Of a stretch of 64,000 nucleotides of DNA, positions 56,589 through 64,000 are shown one piece after another. Both the position numbers and the translations under genes were made by a program. The number at the start of each line of letters is the position of its first letter. The first letter of the stretch is position 1. Source of the stretch: Schizochytrium sp. TIO01 (Eukaryota > Protista > Bigyra: Labyrinthulomycetes); assembly GCA_004764695.1 (NCBI GenBank), contig SMSO01000036.1, positions 806,001 to 870,000 of the forward strand. The letters are read 5' to 3'. The notes under the pieces were generated by a model. The model was not told where the DNA came from. It saw only the letters and a program-made list of their open reading frames with translations, and did not search any database.

Positions 56589-58688
56589 ATGACTGCTCAA
56601 GAAGAAGACGTCAACAAGACGCTGATAAGCTTCTACGAACGCCTTCGCAAGTATGATGCCAAAGGTCTAGATGGCAAAGCTGTTGCCCTTTGTGATAAGA
56701 TTCTCAAAGTAGAGTCAAACCCTGGTCACCAACGCCAAGTCCTGAAGACCAAGTGTGTTTGCCTTCTGCGACAGCAAAAGCTCCAAGCTGCTCTTGAGAT
56801 TGCTGAGAGGGAAGGTTTCACTCTCGAGAGAGCATTTGTGCTTTACAAGCAAAAGCGGAATAAAGAAGCGCTCGAAACTCTGGATCAGGTAAACCCAACT
56901 TTAAGCGAAAATGCGGCAGCAACAAACTTGCGCGCACAACTTCTTTACCGGATGGGCAACTATGAAGAGGCTCGCGCTCTCTACGCAGAACTTGTTCAAG
57001 GTGCTGGGGATGGTGTCATGAACGAGTTTATTGCAAACTTTTTAGCGTCCAGTCTTTTAGCAGGGAATGTTGAAGCTGTTCTGGAGATCTTCGACCAAGG
57101 TTTGCTTAGCGGCCGGGAATCTGGCGATGCCTTTGAGCTTCTGTATAACAAAGCTTGCGCTCTTTTAGCTGTGGGCAATCACCAAGGTGCTGCAGATGCT
57201 TTGCAAACTGCTATCGAACTTGGGCAAGTGTTTTTGCAAGAAGATGATCGCCTAACTGACGCGAATATTGCATCTGAGCTGGCCGTGCTCAAGGTCCAAC
57301 GTGCTTTTGCCTTGCAGCAAGGTCTTGTAACCCTCACCTCTTCGTCAGAAGTTGAAGATTGTAAAGCTGAGATTCTTAATCTACTTTCAGAAGCGTTGAG
57401 CTCCAACGCCCAGGATAAGTCTGTATGTGCTGTGGCTTCCAACAACCTACTTGCGCTGCGTGGTGATCATGAGGTTTTCGACTCCTTTAAAAGAATGCGC
57501 CTTCATGCATCCGACCCTCAAAATCTCGAAGCCCTTCCCCAGTCTTCCCAGGAGACTATTGCTCTCAACAGGGTACTCTTACTCCTTAAGATGAACAAAA
57601 GTAAAGAATGCTCAAAGCTTGCGGAGGAGCTACGTGGTGAATTTCCGCAGTTGAAATCACTTGACCTAGCTGAGGCTGTAGCATTAGATCATGATGGCAA
57701 GGCGGACCTACGGGATCGGCTGATTGAAGAGAAACTTGAGCAATCCCTGAAAAGAAATGAAGTCTCCCATGCTGCTCTGTTTGTTCTTGCGCAGGCTCAA
57801 TTCCAGCTCAATGCAGGCGAGATTGAAGCTGCGCTTTCGACTCTCAAAGCTCGACCTGAGCTCAACCGCCAGCCGTCTATCGTTGAAGCTTCCCTGAAGC
57901 TATGCCATTACCTTGGGCACGATGATGAGGCTAAAGCTCTTCTTGCGGATACAACAAGCACGAAGAGTACGCTTGGAGATCAGGAAAATTCTATTCAACT
58001 TGCAATGCTTCAAGCCAAAGTATATATGCAAGGAGATGGTGCTGTAGAGGCTGCAAAGATTTATGAGGGCATTTTCACTGGCAAGTTTGGTCCCGTGGAT
58101 GGCGAGCTTCGAATGGAAGCACTGGCCAACTATGTTCTTGCTGCCGCACTTTTTGACACTGATGCCGCCGAAGCAAAGGCGAAGGCGCTGCCTATGCCAG
58201 CTGGTGTAGATGATGTGAATGTGGAAGCTCTAGAGGCAGAAGGCTTGACCCAGCAGAAGGCTCGCCCTCGTCGTGTTCGAAGCGTGGTTGCTTCTAGCGA
58301 CGGTGCTGCACGAACTCCGGCTGCAGAAGACGCTGCCAAAAAACTTCGTAGTATTGAGAACAAACGCAATAAAGAGCTCAAAAAACGAGCAAAACGCCGC
58401 GAAGCTCACTTGGCGAAGCTTAAAGAACGGAATGGCGCCGACTTTGATACCACAAAGGAGAAGGTGGATCCTGAAAGATGGATCCCGAAAAATATGCGTC
58501 AAGCTGCCTTAAAGGCTCGCAAAAAACGAAATGCAAAACTTACTGGTGCACAAGGTGCCAACTCGGTTAATGCATCAGAGGCTGCTCGTTTGGATGCACG
58601 TGCCTCGCTTTCAGCCACTGCACCCGCTTCTGCAGGTACCTCTTCAGCGTCTTCCCGTTCGAAGTCAAAGAAAAAAGGCCGTCGCTAA
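56589..58688 (+). CDS. SRP72: Signal recognition particle subunit SRP72
   Basis: ATG at 56589. TPR region LERAFVLYK, LRAQLLYRMGNYEEA, ELLYNKAC, ELAVLKVQRAF, VASNNL; C-terminal RNA-binding motif KVDPERWIPKNMR, GAQG and a basic tail. Confidence 0.93.
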   Translation: MTAQEEDVNKTLISFYERLRKYDAKGLDGKAVALCDKILKVESNPGHQRQVLKTKCVCLLRQQKLQAALEIAEREGFTLERAFVLYKQKRNKEALETLDQVNPTLSENAAATNLRAQLLYRMGNYEEARALYAELVQGAGDGVMNEFIANFLASSLLAGNVEAVLEIFDQGLLSGRESGDAFELLYNKACALLAVGNHQGAADALQTAIELGQVFLQEDDRLTDANIASELAVLKVQRAFALQQGLVTLTSSSEVEDCKAEILNLLSEALSSNAQDKSVCAVASNNLLALRGDHEVFDSFKRMRLHASDPQNLEALPQSSQETIALNRVLLLLKMNKSKECSKLAEELRGEFPQLKSLDLAEAVALDHDGKADLRDRLIEEKLEQSLKRNEVSHAALFVLAQAQFQLNAGEIEAALSTLKARPELNRQPSIVEASLKLCHYLGHDDEAKALLADTTSTKSTLGDQENSIQLAMLQAKVYMQGDGAVEAAKIYEGIFTGKFGPVDGELRMEALANYVLAAALFDTDAAEAKAKALPMPAGVDDVNVEALEAEGLTQQKARPRRVRSVVASSDGAARTPAAEDAAKKLRSIENKRNKELKKRAKRREAHLAKLKERNGADFDTTKEKVDPERWIPKNMRQAALKARKKRNAKLTGAQGANSVNASEAARLDARASLSATAPASAGTSSASSRSKSKKKGRR

Positions 58689-59724
58689 ATCTTTCATATA
58701 ACTTTTCAATCCTTTCACCTACATGTTTGCTTATTTTATCTTCGTTGCTATGGTTGGTGGATCAAGTATCTAAGTTGCAGGAAGACGCGTGATTCTTTTG
58801 CTTCAATTTTGGTTGCTTAGTATAGCAGCAAAATATCAAGATATAAATAGCGGTTTGCATCTTGCAGTGTCGCATATTCACATCCCTGCATCTGACTGGA
58901 CAAATAATTAAAATTGCTGGTCTTGATAATCTTATACTAATAATGTCTGATGAAGACTTGAGGATGAATTACACCTGGCTTCTGCTTGAGACAAAGATGA
59001 AATTTCCAAAACGTGCAAATTCCAAGAAAATAGCCAAGGGTCAGGTATCTCGTGTTATGAGTGAGACTAGAACATTCCATAGTATTACCCTCTGAATTAT
59101 ATGAGCATCAATAGATTTGGAGATTTTCACAGAACTTGCTTGATTAAAAATAAGCCTTAGACAAAGATCTAGAACTTATATGTAAGTACGTACTTGATAA
59201 ACTTCAGTTAGCTGAAATCTTAGAAGTATTTTATAAAATTTCCGAAACAGGAATTGAACAAACATGTCAGATGTTTAAGCTACTTCATACAATGTAGCGT
59301 GTTGAACAATTGACTTTAAGGTTGGATCCCAAGCCCAGCAGCAGACCAATAATCCCCAACCCAGGATGCTGGCATTTCCACAAGGCTGTGCATCCAACCA
59401 AGTTTATGGTCCTCGTCTTTCCAGTGAACCTGTAGCTAGCACCGGCCAACTACTTTAGCACCAAGGTACGTAGTTCTGCGCGTTCAATGTCCTTTAACAA
59501 TTCCAAGTTTTATTAAGCAAAAGCAAGCTGAGCTGATGGCTAAGCTTTGAGGAGACTATATACGTGTTTCTTTTGTTTTGTTTTTTTCAAATTTAAATGT
59601 AGGAATTAGTTTTTGAGTAGATTTTGTGAGCTACATCACATTCCCAAGCTGTCGTTCTGGTGTAAACAGTAGTTGCCGTTCTGTAATCAAGAAGAATGAA
59701 TATCTTTTTTGGATCATGAAACAA

Positions 59725-62700
59725 TCAGGTTGAACTATCGATCACTGGTGAAGCCTCTGCCATGAGCTTGGAGAGCTGAGAAGAAGATTTCGATGACCCA
59801 ACACCGAATCGGATAAGGTTCTCAAGGTGCCAGCGTTCATAAATATGACGATTTTGAGTAATCCACTCAAGTACATCCTTCAAACGATCATAGTAGAAAG
59901 CTTTCACATAGTTTTCCACACGCTGTCGAGCTGGATCTATGATCTCTTGAAGACCTGGTGCAATTTCGACAATGCCACGAAATAGAGTTGCTAAATCCAT
60001 AGACATAAGCGCTCGTCCTTCTGTACCACATTTCTCTACCGATGCGATTGCGTCAAGAAACTGGTCCATAACCTCCTCCAAAGCACGTGACCAGACTAGA
60101 GGGATGGCACTCATTGAAAACTTGGTGCCTTCGGCGCACTCACGCTGTAAATGTGACCAGATCTTGCGCATTCGTAAAATTACTTTTTGAACGTAGTTAC
60201 TCGGTTCACTTGCCAACGTCTTGATTTTGTGCCATTGTACAGTATCAAGAATAAGGCTGGTGATCGTTGCTGTTGGAACTACGTCGGCTGCGTTAAGATT
60301 CCGATCAGGCATAGGACTGGGTGATGAAGATGTAGAAGACTTCATGGTAGTTGCGGACATCGGAGACTCCATTTGCTCACCTGACATCTGAGGACCTGCC
60401 CTGGTGCTGTAGATTTGGCCTGGGGCACTTGAGTCAAGGGCAAACCGGTTAACCAAATGCCTCGCTACGCCTCGGTGAACAAGTCCTCGCAAGTCCTCAC
60501 AAACTGTGTCAAATTCTTGATATGCATCACCAGCAACCTGAACACGTTCCACAGCTGGCAAAGAAGCCTCCACACGGGGTCGAATGTTGTGGAGAATCTG
60601 AAGGACAAATCGGCACGACTCCGCTGCAACAATACGAGTGGGCAGAGCGTCTAGAGTGTTAGTCAACCCTTCTGCATTATGCAGGTTTGAGAAACGTGCA
60701 GGAATAGCTGACTCTGTGAGAGTTGCAGAAACAGAAGGCCCTTGTAATGAGGCTCGGGTGTCTTTCGGGTTCCCAGAACTTCCTACTGAACGGTTAAGCA
60801 GGCCTTCACTCCGAAAACTCATTTTGAATGAGCTTGAACTAGACGCAGATGGCGTTGTGTGCCCTCCTGGTCCTAAAGTGGATGATATCGATGAAGATGA
60901 AGATGATGAGGAATTCGGACCTGTGACGGCGACTTGTATAGATCCACTACTTGACGTTGACAAAGAACCATTAATTGTTCGGGTCTCCAGACCAAGGATA
61001 CTGCGAGATCTCTCCATGCATTTGCGAAGGATTGCATAACGCGTTCCGCAGCATGATTTTGGCTTGTCAAACAGCTGAAACAATAAAGATCCTGGAATAA
61101 AGTTTGTACAAACAGCATACATGTAGCACCAAACTAAGTTGCACATACTCGTGAATGTATCTGCAGCTATGTTCGGAAGGTGCTCCATCATAAGGAGTGA
61201 ACTACCAAGATCCTTTGCAAGGCAGTTCACAATCGTACTTGTCAAAACAAAATCGGCATCATCACCTTGTTTACAAGGTTGATCACCATAATTGACACTA
61301 TCTGAGGGTAGGAGCTTTGATTGACTTTCGGCCGCAGAATATTGTAAGTCAGGCAAAACTAGAGAAGCGACGGGCTTGCTTCCTGAAGAATCCAAGTGCT
61401 TTGCATTCGCAATACTGCCTTGTCTAAAAGTCGACTGAGAACTTTCTTCAACATTATTAGCTGATGTTAAATGATAGTCATCGATGGCCAGATTCTCGAA
61501 TGGATTCTTGCGATGACCAGATTTGGGAGGTTGTCCACGAGACTTTATTTCATCAAGTGATGCAAAAAGGGCTGACTCGTCGTCATTTGATTGGGAACGA
61601 ATAAGAAGCTTAGCAGAACCTCGAAATACTAAACCGTCAAATCCCCCCAAGGAATCAAGCGATACACCAAGATTCACCCAATGCTCCCGAACTAAAAAGC
61701 TGCGTAGAGCCTCCATCCGGTCAGCATGAAAGTCTTTACAGTAGGTTTTGGACGTCTCCCGGATGAACGCACGGGCCTCTAAAAAGCACGTATCCCCACC
61801 AAAGGCTTCACTTTCAATAGCTAGAAGTTCTAGTAAAGTAATCAAACGTTCAAAAGAATGCAATTTCAGTGCAGGAAATCGACTGCATGGGCTCTTTGTC
61901 ACTGTAGCAATGTGGGATAGAACGCCACCCCACACTACACGACGATTCTTTGCAAGAGTTTCTGCAACGCCTTCAAGGCTCTGAACCACACTCAATTGAT
62001 GACTGGAGGAGGACGAAGATATTACGTTAGCTACTGTCTTCGTGGCGACATCTCGATTCTGGGTAAAATTTACATGCCATGTTTCAATTGATTCGTAGTG
62101 CTTCAAAAGGTCGCATACGCGCTTAAACGCGCTCCCAAGACGATGCACGAAGCTAGGTTGCATCTTCACACGAGCCGGGATTTGGTCACAGACATCCTTC
62201 AGAGGTAAACCACTTGCTCGAGCAACACTCAAGATCTGAGGGGATTTTGAGTTCATTGAAGATGTTGTTGAGGAATTGGTTTCTCCATCGCTAGACTTCG
62301 CAGCAGCTTTATCGTTTTGCTCATCCATTTTGAGAACAAAATTGCTTTTGTCAGGCTGTACCGCAGTCTGCTTCTGGAGAGCTATTAGTTCATGTGCAGA
62401 GCGTAGTAGCATAATCATCTCGTCTTTGAGCGCCTGCTCTACGAGTGCAACAAAGCACCGCTGAACACGGTGTGCAAGGCCTGAAACACCATCAAGCCGC
62501 GTCCCCTCTGATGTTTTACCCAAAGTACCACGCGTCGACCTCAAACGTGCAATGTACTCTTCGGACAAATACTCTCCAATCGCTTTGTCTAAGGATATAT
62601 ATGCTAGAACAATGTGTTTGTATGCGTCAGCATTTGTAAATGTTTTACAAACAACACGGAGGGTGTCATCGACGCGTTTGCGAAGGTTTGGCAATGCAGA

Positions 62701-63792
62701 TGCCATGTTAGATCGAAGCTCTTGCAAAGCCTGTGGCAGTGGGGCCGCCATTTCATCAAGCTCACGCATAGTTTGAACACAAATACTCACCGCAGTGGGG
62801 ACGTCATCACGATTTGCGGCATCAAAAACCTGTGAGCGACGTGAAATTAGAGATGCCATAGTCTCTAGACGCTCCAGAAGTTGACGGGCCCGCGCACGAC
62901 GTCGATACAGCCCTACAACTTGTAAGTCCCCGCGCAAAAGACTATCACGTGAGAGTCTGAGTCGACGCCGTGCGTTCTTTGCATTAATTCCGGCGCGAGT
63001 GAGCTCTAAATCAATCTGTTGCACTTGGCGCATACCAGTCACAAGTGACGCATGATTTTCGTGTACAATTGACAGAAGATCATGGTGCACTAACTCAGAT
63101 TGCTCTTTGTATTTGCTGATACGCTCCATCAGAAAAGAACTTGTTTCTGGATCGTCATTCTGGAAGCCAGACAAAGCAACTGTGAGGGGGTCGAATTCAC
63201 TCTCAAAAAAACCAGAGTCTAGGTCATAATCTTGTCCAGGCTCAACCTTATCCTCATGGTCAGTAGAGTCGTCTAACATACGAGCTTCATCGAAACTAGT
63301 TGTTCGCGTGTCCCCTTTTTGAATATGTCGCAAGAATTGCAAGCGCCGGCGACTAGATGGGTGATTCGTCAAATACGACCGAAGAAGAGCCTTTGCCCGT
63401 GCCAGGGCAGCAGCAGTGAGTGCTTCGTCAGACTCTAAGCGAACTCCATTAGTCAATGCCGATGATGTAGTTGTTGCGCTGCTGTTAAAGGTGGCTGGAA
63501 AAGACCCTGATGAACGTGCAAACGAGACTTCACGCTGCTCTTGAAATGGAAGACAGAGAAGTTGCTCCACATCGGCTTTGCTCAGGGACTTACTTGGATC
63601 CGTCGTCTGGAACATTTCTCGAAAGAAAGAGGGTCCAACAGAGCTTGGAACGGCGTTCTGAGTCGCAGGAACTGGCATTTGTTGATCTTGTCGACTTAAC
63701 CTTCCTATCAGGGTGCCTCGCTGTGATGTTTTCGCCTCGGTGGACTTCTTTCGAGGCCCTGGCTCAAACATATCTTTAAAAAAAGTTGCCAT
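59725..63792 (-). CDS. VPS50: VPS50/syndetin (EARP complex subunit)
   Basis: N-terminal Vps54_N-like region FFESEFDP...GMRQVQQIDLEL; FHADRMEALRSFLVREHW; RIVAAESC; C-terminal EPSNYV, EKCGTEGRALMSMDL, VENYVKAFY. Confidence 0.9.
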   Translation of the reverse strand: MATFFKDMFEPGPRKKSTEAKTSQRGTLIGRLSRQDQQMPVPATQNAVPSSVGPSFFREMFQTTDPSKSLSKADVEQLLCLPFQEQREVSFARSSGSFPATFNSSATTTSSALTNGVRLESDEALTAAALARAKALLRSYLTNHPSSRRRLQFLRHIQKGDTRTTSFDEARMLDDSTDHEDKVEPGQDYDLDSGFFESEFDPLTVALSGFQNDDPETSSFLMERISKYKEQSELVHHDLLSIVHENHASLVTGMRQVQQIDLELTRAGINAKNARRRLRLSRDSLLRGDLQVVGLYRRRARARQLLERLETMASLISRRSQVFDAANRDDVPTAVSICVQTMRELDEMAAPLPQALQELRSNMASALPNLRKRVDDTLRVVCKTFTNADAYKHIVLAYISLDKAIGEYLSEEYIARLRSTRGTLGKTSEGTRLDGVSGLAHRVQRCFVALVEQALKDEMIMLLRSAHELIALQKQTAVQPDKSNFVLKMDEQNDKAAAKSSDGETNSSTTSSMNSKSPQILSVARASGLPLKDVCDQIPARVKMQPSFVHRLGSAFKRVCDLLKHYESIETWHVNFTQNRDVATKTVANVISSSSSSHQLSVVQSLEGVAETLAKNRRVVWGGVLSHIATVTKSPCSRFPALKLHSFERLITLLELLAIESEAFGGDTCFLEARAFIRETSKTYCKDFHADRMEALRSFLVREHWVNLGVSLDSLGGFDGLVFRGSAKLLIRSQSNDDESALFASLDEIKSRGQPPKSGHRKNPFENLAIDDYHLTSANNVEESSQSTFRQGSIANAKHLDSSGSKPVASLVLPDLQYSAAESQSKLLPSDSVNYGDQPCKQGDDADFVLTSTIVNCLAKDLGSSLLMMEHLPNIAADTFTSMCNLVWCYMYAVCTNFIPGSLLFQLFDKPKSCCGTRYAILRKCMERSRSILGLETRTINGSLSTSSSGSIQVAVTGPNSSSSSSSSISSTLGPGGHTTPSASSSSSFKMSFRSEGLLNRSVGSSGNPKDTRASLQGPSVSATLTESAIPARFSNLHNAEGLTNTLDALPTRIVAAESCRFVLQILHNIRPRVEASLPAVERVQVAGDAYQEFDTVCEDLRGLVHRGVARHLVNRFALDSSAPGQIYSTRAGPQMSGEQMESPMSATTMKSSTSSSPSPMPDRNLNAADVVPTATITSLILDTVQWHKIKTLASEPSNYVQKVILRMRKIWSHLQRECAEGTKFSMSAIPLVWSRALEEVMDQFLDAIASVEKCGTEGRALMSMDLATLFRGIVEIAPGLQEIIDPARQRVENYVKAFYYDRLKDVLEWITQNRHIYERWHLENLIRFGVGSSKSSSQLSKLMAEASPVIDSST

Positions 63793-64000
63793 GGTGTCAC
63801 TTGATCCACTACACCTGTCACGCTGATCTTGTCTTGAACTATAGTTACGTATCTATCTTCTGATCCTACTTTCTCATGCAATTTATCAAACACAAAAGTC
63901 AGGCGCTTTGTTCGGAGGCTCTCAGTCCACGTCTGAGCTAGTCTCCTTCTGCGTAAGGTCAAGGCGTGCAGCACTGACCCTGTCTTACTAATTGATGATC

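Noticed and set aside
59972-63974. Many antisense or alternate-frame ORFs inside VPS50 (and likewise inside other long genes)
   Set aside because: Expected shadow ORFs of long coding sequences.

Overview
Eukaryotic, intron-poor genomic DNA with compact genes and AT-rich intergenic spacers rich in TACCTAC/GTAGGTAG words. Gene content and style suggest a thraustochytrid stramenopile such as Aurantiochytrium (inference only). About 16 protein-coding genes are supported: a class C GPCR with four tandem Cache-like ectodomain repeats, an IQ-motif protein, Pelota (3 exons), a COG2907-type FAD oxidoreductase, MCTS1/Tma20 (2 exons), PAN2, a SPICE1-like protein, Codanin-1 (2 exons), an ArfGAP, a WD40 protein, a putative Ig-fold transcription factor split across two frames, an alkyltransferase-like protein, a WNK kinase, an ABC1/ADCK kinase, SRP72 and VPS50. 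Two results stand out. (1) A decayed, internally deleted Fanzor2/TnpB element lies on the minus strand at ~32.5-33.3 kb. The ORF track misses it, but it keeps the RuvC-II, zinc-ribbon and RuvC-III motifs and a structured 3' end that is a candidate omegaRNA scaffold. (2) The class C GPCR appears to carry a 4x sCache_2-like ectodomain in place of a Venus-flytrap domain. There is also a dispersed ~75-bp repeat family (about 11 copies, both strands) and a CCACGTCA-containing minisatellite. No rRNA, tRNA or CRISPR array was recognised. All family calls come from motif recognition by eye; no database search was run.
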